Positions 49,600 to 63,931 of a DNA stretch of 64,000 nt are shown here, piece after piece (positions within the stretch are counted from its first letter, which is position 1; each line of letters begins with the position of its first letter). The translations under genes and the position numbers were made by a program. Under the pieces are notes generated by a model. That model ran no database searches. It saw only the letters and a list, made by a program, of their open reading frames with translations, and was not told the origin of the DNA. This DNA comes from Octopus sinensis (taxonomy: Eukaryota): positions 68,138,001 through 68,202,000 of the forward strand of contig NC_043001.1 of the NCBI RefSeq assembly GCF_006345805.1. The letters run 5' to 3'.

Positions 49600-52435
49600 G
49601 ATTGTAACAGCGAAAATGAAGCTGGCCCTTTAAGAGAAGGCCTCTCGCTCGCAGTGGTTCAGTACAGATGCAGACTGATCACAGCAGGTATCCTAATACA
49701 GTATATACAGCAGATAATGGAGTAAGGAGGAGGAAGTGGACCAGTGAAGGAAGCAGGATAGTGATGCAGTGCTACTTTGAAAGTGAACCTAAAAGAGGCT
49801 ATAGAAAACGGATGTTAACAATTTGGGTAGAGAGGGGTATGTTTAAAATTAATGAGCAGAGACTAGTAGATCAAGCTAATGCTATTAGAAGAAAGTGGAT
49901 GACAGAATTGGAGGCAGAAGAGATCACAAAAGAACTGGAAAAGAAAGACCAGGTAGTGGGAAAGACAAACAAAATAAGAGATAGAGCTCAAACCAAAGAA
50001 GAACTTAAAAGGAAAAAATCAATAATTGCGCTACCAATGAGGAAGGGACAACTGGCATCTGTGACTTAAGTGATTTAAGTAAGGAAGATAAGAAGATTTT
50101 AGATGAGATGCAGGAAGTAATGAGTAAAGAAATAAGAAAAAGATTACCAGCATTAAAAGCACTAACAGAAGGAAGCTGCTAGAAATGACTAGGGAAGTAG
50201 ATTCTGTTATCTGTAGGATAGATACTAAATATTTTATTGATCTATGTAGCAGGGGCAATAGTCACTAGAAGATTAGATATCTCACAAAGAAAGATTAAAA
50301 AAGAGAAAATGTGGAAAAGGGTGACAAGATCTGAGTAGGAAACTGAACTAGTTAGAAAACACAAGAAGCAAATCTTCCCACGAGAAAAGATACTTAGTTC
50401 AAGAGAAAGGATTTGGGATAGTAATAAAAGAGTTAAAACAACGTATCATAGCAGTAGCAAGCAAACAAGCCTTCCAGATATCATGAGAGAATAGATCAGA
50501 CTCAACAGAATAGAATATTTGAGACAGACCAGAGGAGATTTTATAACCAAAATAAACAGTGGAAAACGAAGTGCTGAAGATGAGAAACCTAATGCAGAAG
50601 AAGCTAGAAAGTTCTGGAGTAATATTTGGAGTAATAAGCCAGTCAATCATAATGGAGGTACAGTATCGTTAAAGAAAGTGAGGGAAGAAATAATGAGTGA
50701 GAAACAGCCAGATCTAAGATTAACCAGTGCATTAATGAGTAAAGTGTTAGAAAAAATGCCGAATTGGAAGGGCCCAGATTAGATTTAGTTCAAGGGACTG
50801 GCTAAAGAAATTTAGTAGTTTACATGGGAGGCTGAGTGAACAACTTTAGGATTGCCTTAATGGAGGAATAATACCAGATTGGGTGACTATAGGGAGGACA
50901 ATATTCATTACGAAAGATAAGAGCAAGGGTTATACAACTAGCAACTGTAGACCAGCCATTAGTGTGGAAACTGTCAACAGGAATACTCTCAGAAATCAGC
51001 TGCGAGCATCTTGACAACTAGAATTTACTGCCAGAAGAACAGAAAGGTTGCAGGAAGAAGGCTAGAGGAACGCATGATCTATTATATATAGATAAACCAG
51101 TTCTAAATGAAGTAAAAACTAGAAAGAAAAATCTAACAATAGCATGAGTATATTATAGGAAAGCCTATGACATGATCCCACACTCATGAATAAGTGAATG
51201 TCTGAGTATATTCAGTATAGAAGACAACATAAGAGAATTAATCAGCTTAGTATGAAGAAATGGAAAGTAGATCTCTACTCAGGTGACACACTCTTGAGGA
51301 AAGTCAATATCAAAAGAGGAATTTCCCAAGGGGAGTCGTTGTCCATTTTAATATTTATCTTATGCTTGATCGCCTTCAGTTTAGTATTAAGGAAGGTAAA
51401 GGCAGAGTATCAGTTCAGAAATAGTAATGGAAAGATTAACCATTTGCTCTACATGGATGATCTGGAGCTTTTTAGAAAGAATGAAAAAGAGATAGATTCC
51501 TTTATATAGACTCTAAGACTCTTCAGCAAAGATATAGGCATGGATTTTGACATAGGTAAGTGTGCAATATTAGTCATGAGAAGGGGGCAACAACGAAGGC
51601 ATCCAATTACCAGATAGCCAGACCTGAAAATCATTGGAAGGAGGAGAGAGTTATAAGTATCTAGGAATATTAGAATCTATCAGAATATTAACTTTAGAAA
51701 TTAAAACGAAAATTGAAAAGGAGTACATCAGAAGGGTGAGGAAACTAATGAAGTCAAAGCTAAATGGTCCAAATCTAGTGAAGGCTGTATCATCACTTGG
51801 GCAGTATCATTACTTAGATATTCAGCAGCTTTTGTAGATTGGACAAAAACTGAATAAGCAAAGCTAGACAGAAGAACTAGGAAGGAATTCAATATGAATG
51901 TAGGTCATCACCCGAGGGCAGGAGTAGCAAGATTATACTTACCTAGAAAGGAAAGCGGAAGAGTGTTAATATCAGTAGAATACTGCGTGGAGTTAGCTAA
52001 AGTAGATATAAACTCCTATGTAGCTAATAGCGAAGAAAGTCTATCAAAAGCTGCTAGAGTCCCAGCAAGGTATAGGGAAACCAAAAACCTAAACGAAGTT
52101 AAAAACTAGAAAAAACAAGAGAAATTATTTGACTGGCAGGAGAAGGCGATGCATGGTTAATTTCCAAAGATAGATGCAACAAATAGTAGTTGTGAGAAAT
52201 TGCTGTGGTTGCAGAAAGGAATGCTGAAAAGGGAGACAAAAAGTTTGTTAGTAGCTGCACAAGATCAAGCATTAAGGACTAATTGAATAAAAGCCGAGAT
52301 AGACAAAAACCAAGCAGCTTCCCAATGTAGATTGTGCAAATCAAAAGAGGAAAGCGTTACTCATGTAGTAAGTGAATGTAGCATGCTGGCACAGAAAGAA
52401 TACAAGAAAAGACATGAAAACCTAGGGAGAGTAAT
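49600..52435 (+). mobile_element. Dong/R4-like LINE family C, long but heavily decayed
   Basis: N-terminal RRRKWT..IVMQCYF..RGYRKRM..EQRL.DQ; NWKGPD; EEQKGC; RGISQG; HLLYMDD; CRLC..H..C; ends before RLE. Confidence 0.9.
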
Positions 52436-52945
52436 GGCAAGCATGGCATATATATGTATCTATATATACACATAAAGCACATGGTAATGGGAAACTTATC
52501 TGTTAGAAATTAGTGCCCATGATGTCGGTATTTTTCACGCAATATGAGATGAAATAACAATGTTACATTATACAGTAAAACATTGATAAGTATTCATTTG
52601 ACTGTCTAAGTTTAAAGATGTTTGCATTTCGCGTAATCAGTATCACTATAACTTTCCAAGAGAAAGGTAAGTGTATCGAGTCCCATGTCAGGGCATTTTT
52701 GAAATGTTTGACTGAAGCTGGTATTCAGTCAGTACCAACGATATTTCGTTTGCTGTACGTTTCACAAAAAAATTAGTTGCTCTGAATGACGAATGAGAAT
52801 TAGGTAAAACTCTGAGTGAAATGTATCTGAGTGAAATCTTAGTTTTGAATTATTGAATAAACACAACAATGCCATACGTGTTGAGCACTTTTTGTCTCTT
52901 GTTCCTCTTTACATGTTCGAACAAGCCAGCGTTTCAAACACATAA

Positions 52946-52983
<38 letters not shown>

Positions 52984-54539
52984 CCACCCAACAATCTATC
53001 CGTCCAACTGCCAATGCACACTCATGCGCACATTGTTGTAATTTTTGTTATTCTAATAACAGAACACGTCCTAAATTATGCTACAAAAATATTTTTCGAT
53101 TTTCTTCCATCCTTACTCTTACTCTCTACTACTGCGGATTTGGTACACACGGCAAGACTATAAAGAAAAATATAACTACCCCAGATAAATGAAACATATA
53201 AGACAGTAAGAAATAAAAAAAAAACTTCTTAAAGATGTAAATATGAGAAACAGAATCAAAATAATGAAGAATTCCTGATTTCCTCTTAGCTTCCACCCTT
53301 AATGATATAATTGTTTCCGATTACCAACAGATGTTTGTCCTCTTTGGTATAATTCATAAAAAGGCGGTGTGCTTCTCTATCTCACGGTAATGGAGACTCC
53401 TCTGGCATGTATTAACGACTTGTTTTTGATTGCTCTCATACAGACAATCTCTTATGCCACTATTAATGCCTTTGTGAAAGGTATAAACATCATTCACTTG
53501 ATGTCTGTCTCCCTAAATCGTCTTCAGTATCAACCTCATAAAGCATAATGAATGCTTTAGAAGGGGAATACTCTGCCAGGGATATAATTAAAACGAAAGT
53601 TTTTCTTTTTTTTAATTTACAATTGAAGCTACTTTGTTTCTTGTCCGCCATGTAGAAGAGCGGTAAAATTCAAAGAAATTACGCGATTAGTTAGTCATGG
53701 CTACTATTAAATTTTATGAAAGGTAGATAAAGTTGGAAAATATGAGTCAGAGAAGAGAGCTGATACCTCAAAGCTATTCCTAAGAGTGGAAACAGAACAA
53801 GAGCCATAATAACTGTCGTTGCATGATTTAAATAAATTTAATTTTGCATCGTACGAGATAAACTGCTTAATAAAGTAAATCTATTAAAATATTTTGTATC
53901 GTTCAACTTCGCCTTTCATCCTTTCGAGGACGAAAAAATATGTCCCATTTGAACACTGGGGGTCGATAGAATCGATTTATCTCCTCCACACTGATATTTT
54001 ATATCGTTTAAGCAACATGTGACTGCAACATGTCTAGATTTTGTTTAAAGTAAGATGTACTTGAATGTTACGTCATTTCATCCGAGAGAGTGCATTGGTA
54101 CTAAAAGAGTTACAATGTGGTAGAATTATTGTAACCACTAAAACATTTTCAATTAATTTACTTCATTATCATTAACAACTAATAATAGATATATATTAAT
54201 TTGGCTTGGAGCGCACAACTGCGACTTCTAAAGTATATGCCATACTTTTACTTAAGAAGTGTCTATACAAAAGCATGCATACCGATGTATGTATGTGTAT
54301 GTGTGTGTATGTATGTGTATGTGTGTGTATGTATGTGTATGTGTGTGTATGTATGTATATATGTATGTGTTTATGTATATATGTATATATTTATACACAC
54401 ACATATATATATATGTGTGTGTGTGTCCCCTATATACGTATATATATATATACATATATCTATATATACATACATACACACACATACATACACACGCACA
54501 CGCACACACACAAACACACACACACACACACACACACAC

Positions 54540-54570
<31 letters not shown>

Positions 54571-56320
54571 CTGGTGAAAATAAATTTAAGACCGATGAGT
54601 TCTATTTCTTACAAAATATTTTGTTACTAACACCATAAAAATTATTTTCATCTTTTACACCTTATGCAGAATTTATTTCTCTTTCGAATGATGCAGACAA
54701 TAACTATTTTTATACAACTTGAAGAATACTAATGCTAAATTAATATAAACGTTTCAAATTTACCGGAAAATTTAGTTTAAGCTCATGTAATATGTTTCGA
54801 CCCTTTAGAATTGGAATTTTTGAAAAGTAAAAATTTTGCATTACGTAGCTTGTTATTCTCTTTAAGTGAACATTTTTCTGGTTGAAATACACCGAAAAAT
54901 GGCGACACAGCAGTCAAAAAATCGTTAAAAATAGGGCTTTTCATAGAAAAAAAAGCACCTTTTTGATGTAAATAATTTTTGGCGTTAACATGGTCCGATT
55001 TGAATTTTTTTCTTCTACGGAAGGGAGAGCAAGCCTTCTCTATCATACTCTCAATCTTGGTCAACTTGCGCTGCAGGGTCTCGGAGGAGATAGTGTTAGT
55101 TGAAGGCTACCAACCCTACCATGCACGGACAACTTCAGCTTTATATATAGAGAGATAGTTTAACATTATTATACAATTGATTAATAATGGGAAAAGAATG
55201 TGGCCTCAGTCCAGTCACGAGAGCAAAAATTGTATTCCTCGACCAGCAAAAAGTTTCCTCTTCGAACATCAGCAAGCAACTAAGGTGCAGTAAAACGGCT
55301 TGCGTGCAAGCGTGGAAGTTTTACGCGGAGACTGGTCAATATAAAGATCGACAAAGAACTGGTGCCCCAAGAAAAATGACGGTGCAGTTGGACCGTCGAA
55401 TCCACCGACTTTCGGAAGGCAACCGAATGCTGACAGTCGTTGACATTTGTAAACAATTGCCCAACGAAAATTGTGTTATTTTTACACCACAAACCGTCCG
55501 CAACCGTTTGTGAGAATTTGGACTACATGGAGGAATCGCTAGTAAAAAGCCAATAATATCCGAAAGAAATCAACTCAAACATCTTAATTTCGCAAAAAGC
55601 CATGCTCAATGGACTGCAGAAGATTGGTGCGGGGTCCTTTGGAGTGACGAATCACGCTTCTGTATATTTGGATCAGATGGTAAAACGTATGCCAGACGTC
55701 GCCCAACCGAGGAATTCCATCCGAAATGCGTGAAAAAGACGGCGCAAATGGGGGGTTGGGCTGTAATGATGTGGGTAGCATTTAGTAGCTTTGGTGTTGG
55801 CCCTCTAGTTAAAGTTGATTGAAAACTAAATAGTGTAGGTTATATGAATCTACTAAAGGATAATGTTTTGTCATATTTGACTCACCAAATGCCTCCGGGG
55901 GTTTATCAGCAGGACAATAGTCCTGTGCACAAAGCCAAAAAGGTTAAGGAATCTTTTGATCACCATAATATTGACGTAATCGAATGGCCTCCCCAGAGCG
56001 CGGACCTGAATCCGATCGAGAATCTGTGGGATTATGGTTCCAAAAAAGTCCATGCCAAAAAACCATCTAATCTAAAACAATTATTCGATTATATCAATGA
56101 AGTATGGCAAAACATTCCTATAGAATTTTGTAATCACTTGGCGAATTCAAAGCCGAGGCGTTGTTAAGCCGTTATTAAGAATAAAGGCTACGGCACAAAG
56201 TACTAATATGTATTTCGTTCTCGTTGCTCATTTTTGCTACAATCTTAAGCTTTAAATAAAATTATAATGATACAGTCTTAAACTAATTTTGCCGGTAAAT
56301 TTGAAACGTTTATATTAATC
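54571..56320 (+). mobile_element. Tc1-like (DD34E-type) transposon with pseudogenised transposase 55187-56204
   Basis: RTGAPRK, WSDES, QQDNSPVH, WPPQSADLNPIENLW; inner TIR parts 54739-54780 / 56278-56319. Confidence 0.92.
54783..55155 (-). mobile_element. Helitron-like non-autonomous insertion inside the Tc1 element
   Basis: Ends ttcagctttatatatagagagat, similar to the Helitron terminus at 24943-24957. Confidence 0.55.
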
Positions 56321-56479
56321 GAAACTAGCTTCGATCCATTTAAAAAGATTATAAACCAGTAGAATTTCTCATGCTGTCAATCACCCCCAGGACGGCAGAA
56401 GGGTCAATTAGTTCAGTTTTCCCTCTACTTTCCCCAACTTTGAAATAGATAACAAGAATATTATCAAGAAAGAGAAATG

Positions 56480-57234
56480 CCAGAGGGTTTGAGTATATTG
56501 TAAAAACGCTTCCCAAAATCACACAGGCGAAATTGAATGAGGGTATCTTTCTCAGACCCCAAATTAGAGAAGTACTCAAAGATGTCAAATCCAAGACAAC
56601 ACTGGATGAACTGGAACTGCATGCTTGGAATGCTTTCAGTTGGATCTTTGAAAAGTTCTTGGGCACGAAGAAGGCAATGGACTACAAGGATGGCATCAAG
56701 AATCTTCTGAAATGTTATTCAGCAATGAGTTGTTGCATGTCCCTGAAAGTTCACTTCTTGGACTCCCACCTGGATTTCTTCGCATATAACCTTGGAGCAG
56801 TGTCTGATGAACATGGTAAAAGATATCACCAGGACACTAGTGCTATAGAGAAACGGTACCAAGGCTTCTGGAATGACAGTATGCTGGCTGACAACTGCAG
56901 GACACTTTACCGTGATCAACCAGATCAGGAACACCGCAGGAAATCCAAATCACAATGTTTCTAACTCTGTTGTTCTAACTTTGTCTGCTTTGTTTGACCC
57001 ATTTTCTGTGTATTCACTCTTTCTAGAATGATAGTGATGATTTTTAACTGAATAAACACATTTACTTTCTAAAAATATGTCCTTATTTATTACGTTAATC
57101 ATTTCATATATACAAATATATAAATATTTGCATGTAACTACTGAAAAACTGATACCTGCTGCATGAAAATTTAGTCTAAAAATGTTAGTTTTCATTCATA
57201 ATGAGCTCAATACATTTAATTTTATTGACCAGTG
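56480..57234 (+). mobile_element. Chapaev3-like (CMC) transposon 3' part
   Basis: EGIFLRPQIR, MSLKVHFLDSHLDFF..NLGAVSDEHG.RYHQD..EKRYQG.W..SMLAD; terminus ..ccagtg followed by TTA. Confidence 0.8.
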
Positions 57235-57271
57235 TTATTATAATTTATAATTATAGTAATAATAATAGTAA

Positions 57272-57472
57272 AGGCACAAGGCATGAAATTTGGTAGGAGG
57301 GAACTAGTTAATTGCATCAAATCCAGTGTTTCACCGGTACTTAATTTATCGACCCTGAAGGGATGAAAGTCAAAGTCGACCTCGGTGGAATTTGAACTCA
57401 GAACGTAGTGACGGACGAAATACTACTCAGCATTTTGCCCGGTGTGCTAACGATTCTGCCAGCTCACCGCCT

Positions 57473-57473
<1 letters not shown>
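57272..57473 (-). mobile_element. SINE family B
   Basis: Reverse complement of family B. Confidence 0.85.
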
Positions 57474-57506
<33 letters not shown>

Positions 57507-57540
57507 TATAATAATAATAATGATGATGATGATGATGATG

Positions 57541-57591
<51 letters not shown>

Positions 57592-57611
57592 TAATAATAA
57601 TAATAATAATA

Positions 57612-57776
57612 CTCTTTTACTTGTTTCAGTCATCGACCCCAGGACTTATTCTTTGTAAGCCTAGTGTACTTATTCTATTGGTTTCTTTTGCCGAACCGCT
57701 AAGTTACGGGGACGTAAACACACCAGCATCGGTTGTCAAGCGATGTTGAGGTGACAAACACAGACACACTAACACA

Positions 57777-57863
<87 letters not shown>

Positions 57864-58003
57864 TACGACGGGCTTCTTTCAGTTTCCGTCTACCAAATCC
57901 ACTCACAAGACTAATAGAAGACACCTGCCCAAGGTGCCACGCAGTGGGACTCAACCCGGTACCATGTGGTTGGTAAGCAATCCACTTACCAGACAGCCAC
58001 TCC
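57612..58003 (-). mobile_element. SINE family A with internal deletions
   Basis: Reverse complement of family A. Confidence 0.85.
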
Positions 58004-58029
58004 TGTCCTCTATAATAATAATAATAATA

Positions 58030-58069
<40 letters not shown>

Positions 58070-58089
58070 TAATAATATAATAATAATAA

Positions 58090-58384
58090 TTTATTTTATT
58101 AGCCACAAGGGCTAGTATAAATTATACATAAAAGACAACACAAGACGATACAAAGGGTTTTCACATTCGTGTAAACATTAAATAACAAAAAAGATGTAAC
58201 AAGTAAAACTCCCAATAGGGAGTTTTACTTGTTACTCGTAAAAAAACCCACAAATGCTCACGGGTAAGAGCCCTTCACTTTATATCCTTTTTACAGATGT
58301 ATTCTTAGAATTTGTCCATTCACACTGGCCATTTCCCCAACATTCTCCCACATTTCGATAAATTTGCTAGAAGACAACACTTCA
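58090..58384 (-). mobile_element. Tx1 3'-end fragment in (TAA)n
   Basis: gccacaagggct 3' terminus and EVLSSSKF.E.W ORF2 C-terminus homologous to 58547-58920. Confidence 0.75.
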
Positions 58385-58492
58385 TAATAATAATACTGTC
58401 TGTCTGAGGTCCCCGGTAGACACAATATCTTCAATTATCAACATCATGATACTGGATACTGTGTCACGTATTAGATAATAATAATAATAATA

Positions 58493-58547
<55 letters not shown>

Positions 58548-58818
58548 TAATTCCATCTATTGGCCACAAGGGCTGACACACATGATTAGTAAACATAAAG
58601 GGACAAAACAGGACGAAAGGTTACAAAGGGTTTTGTCCGTTTGTAAAAAATCCGAGTAAAAACAGTTCAACAACGAAAGATTATAACAATGAAAATCTCC
58701 CAAAAGGGGGAGGCGTTACGAAAGGTTCCTGGTGGAAAAATCCCATAAAAGCCAACGGTAGCCTGGTCAAAAAAGGGGGGTAGAGAGCCCTTTTCTCCTT
58801 TTATAAAACCTTTTTCAA

Positions 58819-61800
58819 TCACAGGCGAAACTTGAGAATTGGTCCATTTATAATGGTCATTCTTGCACAATTCACCCACCTTTCAGAAAACTTGCTATCG
58901 GACAGCACTCTCCTCTCTAACCTCATCTTCCTTTTCAAGTGAAACTTGAAAAAGTTGATGAGGCCTTGACCAAAGAGGAAAGTGTCTGACTTTAGCCCTT
59001 TGAAACCGGTCCACCATACAACCTCTTTCGCCACAGCCACTAGGCACAAGAAAACGGCCTCGCCCTCCTTGTTAAAGGAGGTCGGCGGGGCAATCTTCAC
59101 TATGGATTCGGCTGATAGCCGGATCCGTCCTATACGCGACAGTAAGTGTTCGACATAAACCCATATTTCAGCAATACTCGGGCTCTGGACGAGTGCGTGC
59201 AGAACGGTTTCGTCGTCCGGGCAACACCTGGGGCAGGCCCGGCTGACGGCACTTCCGTACCGGTAGAGATTATCCCAAACAGGCAGAGCTCCTCGGTAGC
59301 ATTGCCAGGCGAGCGACCTCTGGAAATTATCCATTGGCCCCGGCCCGAAAGTCCTTCCGAACAGACCGCTCAGTTCGTTATCGTCAACGCCTAGAGTTTC
59401 TCCGAGAACGTCGTCGCATTTTTCCTACACTAACCCTCTATAGAATGCTAGAGTGGGACTGAAACCGATCGCATTGCTCGCCTGGCGGAGGGCGGAGCGA
59501 GCTTGAGGGCACTTGAGGTGCCAAGCGCCCTTTCTCGGTCTACGTTTGATCCAGGTCTGCAGCTCTGTCAAAGAGACGAGCTGCGGAAAGTCGCGTCTGA
59601 CAAACGACGACCACACCTGTTAACCGTCTAGGAAACGCTTGAGATGTCGCAGCCTGAGCGCATGTCTGCGCATCAGTAACCACGGCATGCCAAGGCCTCC
59701 GTTCAGCGGTCGTTGACAGCAGATGGATCGCTGACCTGTGGCACCTGACCCTTCCACAAAAAGTCGAAGAGCAGCCGTACCAGCTTGGCCAACCAGCGGT
59801 CGGGACAAGGGACGACGGTCAAGCGGTAATAGATGACCGATGCGATGTACACATTCGCCACCTCCGCTCGACCTTTCAGGGACAGCTTCCTCTCGGCCCA
59901 TTTCTGGGTGAAACGTGCCACCCTGCTCGTCACCTCTTCCCAGTTTTTATCCACCTGGAGGTCCGGACCGAACCAGACCCCGAGCAGTTTAACGGGTCCG
60001 TCTGTCCAGCGCCCTACGACGCTGTTGGACGGCATGGGCTTGCCTCTCCAGGTGCCCAGTTGCAAGCCCACAGACTTTTCCGCGTTAATCTTTGCTCCTG
60101 TCACCGCTTCGTACTCGTTTAGTGTCTCACTAATCAGGCCAATGTGCCTGTGGCTCGACACCATCACGGTGACGTCGTCAGCATAGGCAGACACGCTGTT
60201 TCCGCCTCCTAGATCGCGCTGATACCCGTCAAAGCCTCCAACTTGCGCAGTAGTGGCTCGAGAGTCAAAATGTACAAGAGGGAGGAGATAGGGCATCCTT
60301 GGCGGACCGAACGCGAGAGTTCAAACGGTTCCGAAAGGTGACCGTTCACCCGTATCACCCGTATCACCAAGCAGATGTTGCTGTATAAAGCAGCGATCCA
60401 CCCGTGGAACACTGGACCGAAGCCGGCTGCCTTGAGAACAGCTGCCAGGTACCGGTGGTCGACCCTATCGAAGGCTTTACTCTGATTTAAATTGATCAAA
60501 GCCCCACCCGCGCCAGCATCGTTACCCATCCTCTCTATGATGTAGCGCATGAGATGGAGGTTGTCGTGTATCGACCTGGTCGGCACGGCGCATGTCTGCG
60601 TCTTGCCAACCAGCGTGTCCACGACAAGCGCCAATCTCTTGGCTAGCACTTTGGCCAAAATCTTCAACTCTGCATCGAGCAGAGTGATGGGCCCAAAATT
60701 CCCTATAACGTCCCCCTTGTTTGGTTCCTTTTTTAGCAAAGCCACCACCCCTCGACAGACAAAAGCAGTAATTCTCCCGTTCTGCTGCCAGTTGCAGTAG
60801 ACGTTTGCCAACAGGCCCGCAAACAAGTCTGGCATTGAAGTGTAAAGCTCGTAGAGCAGACCACCCAAACCCGGCGATCTACCTCTCGTGCAACTCTTCA
60901 TCGCTTCTTCCACTTCCCAGGCAGATATCGGTCCTTCGCAGCACTCTGCCTCGCTGTTCGAGAGTTGCGGTAGGCCGTCCAGGTACACACCGAAGTCTGT
61001 GCCGATGGTGTCCGTTCCACCGTTCGTCGTCCCAAACAGTTGAGCAAATTGCCGCTGAAACACCGCACACATCTGCTTCGGTTCGGTAACCTCGCGCCCG
61101 TTCTGGTCCACCAAAGACCGAATGGTTGCTTTGTTGCCTCGCTTCGCCTCCGCCACGCGGGCCCATCGAGCGGCTCTAGTCCCCTCCCCGCTTAGCGAAC
61201 GTGCATTAGCTCTGACAACGCAGCCTTCGTGTTTGGCGTCGAAGTGTTGGTCGAGGGCCAACTTTGCCGCCAACACGTCGGTCGCGATGCCAGTCTCAAG
61301 AGCCTCGTCTAGTTTCTTAACTAAATCCCGCTCTCTCAAACTACGTTCAATAGCTAGAGCCTTACTAAACCTAATCGACTCTACTCTAATTGCTCTCTTG
61401 AGGGCAAACCACCAGTTGTTGTTGATGATTGCCCCCGTGAGCGCCCGCTTAACTAGTAAACTAATCCGGTCTCTGTAAGCTTTGCATGTCGTTAACAACG
61501 CGTTCAGCTTCCAGTAGCCGGGTCCCTGTCTATGTAGCCTATCTAAGTCGACCGTACAGATCACGAATTTGTGTAGTCGACTAGGTGGAATTGTGGACAC
61601 CCTATGCTGTCCTTATCCGCTGGCCTACAAAACACTCTATCTAAGTACGATCTAGACGACCCGATGCGATTGGTCCAAGTCCACATTGGCACATTCGGGT
61701 TGTCTAGTCGAAACCTGTCGGACAGCTGAACGCGTCCGAGTAGGTTGGCGAGGCTCTTGCACCCTCCTCTCCTATTAGACGCTCCCCTGCCCACCCGATC

Positions 61801-62233
61801 GAAACGTTCGTCTAACTAGCACTAGAGTCCGTGACGTTCCCAGGAAAACTTTCAGACGTTTGAAATAATCCGACTGCCCTGCTCCTGTCGGAGCGTAGGC
61901 AGCCAGCAGTCTGAAAGCACCGCCGTCACTACCGTCTACGTCGAGGACCACCAACTTACCTTCCGGATCCAGGAAGACTGTCCTTATTTTCAAGTCCAGG
62001 CCCTTCCGAAACAACACCGCAGTACCACCACCGCCCGCTCCCGGCCGACACGGAGATAGAAATATCTCGTATCCGTCGAAAAGGGCTGCGAGTTCCTGCG
62101 GGTCGGAGAGCCTGGTTTCACTAATGGCTGCTACATCCACATCATGAAACCTCAGGTCGTTTAACAGGTGACCCTGTTTCCAAGGTGACCCGAGGCCTCT
62201 CACATTCAAGCAACCGATTCTAAGTTTTGCCAT
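58819..62233 (-). pseudogene. Tx1 ORF2 (APE endonuclease + reverse transcriptase), frameshifted
   Basis: LNVRGL, ISET, YAP, SYLDRVF, YWKLN, SKAFDRVDH, SVRQGCP, AYADD, CPRC..ETVLHAL split over several ORFs. Confidence 0.93.
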
Positions 62234-62273
62234 GTTTCAAAGGTGGGAAAAAAAGTAAAAGGAGAAAAAGGCT

Positions 62274-63931
62274 CTACTTACTGTTGTTGGTGGTGGGGGT
62301 GGCTCCCTTGTGCTTTTGCACGGGTGCTTCCACGATATTTTTATAAACGACATCGTTAGGGAATATTTGTTTTATTTCATTGTATGTTGTTGCGTTTATT
62401 TTTATTGTGAGAATGTGTGCTGGTGGTGTGTTGTGTGTTGGTATAACGAAATCTGTTATATTTGTACTTGTTTTGTCTTTTAGGTACGCAACGAGTTTTT
62501 CATTCTTTGTGTTTATTGATGTAATTGTGTCTCTGTGTGTTGGTGTGTGTGGCAGTGGCAGTAGTGGTGTCGAAAGTGTTGTTGTTTGTTGTTGTGAGTG
62601 TGTGTTGTTGTTGTTGATGTTGGGAAGCACTATTTGTTCGTGCTTCCCCTGTGTGTCCTTTTGTTTTTTCCTCCTCTTCTTCTTTGGAGGCACTGTGTGC
62701 CATTCTCCTTTCTCGGTATCAGTGCTCGCACAATCCGAGCTGTCCTGATCCGGAAAGGGGATGGCTGTCGGGTCCGCTTCATCAGCAGGGCGAAAGATTG
62801 TTTGTTCTGCTGGTAGCGGTGGTGTTGCTGTGTCTTTTGGTGATGGTGACGGTGTTGGTGTTTCTTCTTCTTGTTTTTTGTTGTCGTTTTTCTTGGTGCT
62901 GAGGTTGGTGTTGGTTTGGTGGTTGTTGTTGGAGGTGGTGTCGTTCGTCGTGGTGGTGGTGATGGTGTTGGTGGTGTGGCAGTCTTTGGTGTATCTTGCT
63001 GTTGTTGTTGTTGTTGCTGCTGCTGTTGCTGCCTCTTGCCGTATGTCTCCATTCTTTTTTTGTGAATGGGGCAGTCCTTCGTAAGGTGGTTTTCGCTCCT
63101 GCAGAGGTAACATTTTGGCTTTCGCCCCTCCACAGTAACGTGCAGCCTGGTTCCGTCTGGTAAAATGACTGAGTCAGGTATGGGATTAATGTTTTCCTGC
63201 TGGATTTGTACCAGCAGTTGAACACCCATACCTGACCAGTTCTTCTCTCTTACCCTTCGTACATCTAGAATAGTAGCAGTGTCCTCTATGTCATAGAGGA
63301 CAGCCGCCACTAGCCATGATATACTGAGTTCGTGGGGTACTATATAAATTTTAATTTTTTGTACTTTCCGCCCGAGGTATGATGGGACCAGAAAGAAATT
63401 TTCATTTTGCAAGGGCGAAATGGCATGCGCCCTTGCATCGTCTTCCGTTGGGAAACGAACCTCCACCGTCCCGTAACGCTTCCCTCTTGTGACATAGCTC
63501 TTTTTGGCCCATATGGGTTTAAGAGCCATTTCCAATTGTTGGGGTGTTGCATTAGTTATTTTTTTGTTTTTCTTATCGAAAACTTTATAACTTACAGTTT
63601 TTTTGTTTGTTTCATTTATGAGTTGTTGAGGTGTATTGAGGAAAACACTGTTTCCCTCTTTTCTCAACAACTCCTTTGCAGATTTTATTTCGTCAAATGT
63701 AACTTGAATTTGTTCTGAGTTTTCTTTTGTGATGGAAGCAAAATTGCTATGGTGGCTTGTTGTGCTGTTGCTGGTGGTATTGTCGGTGATGCTGCTTGTT
63801 ATTTTCTTTTCTTCTTTTTCCCCTACTGTTGCGCTCATGGAAGGAAGTGAAAGAAAATTTTGATTGACGTCAAAGGCGACGCCATCTTTGTTGCTTTGCT
63901 TTGCAACTGTCTTTTTTCCGTCCTTTTCCAC
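62274..63931 (-). pseudogene. Tx1 ORF1 (CCHC zinc knuckle, polyQ/Pro-Thr linker), one apparent frameshift
   Basis: CYLCRSENHLTKDC; EWHTVPPKKKRRKK lies in the overlapping second frame. Confidence 0.85.
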
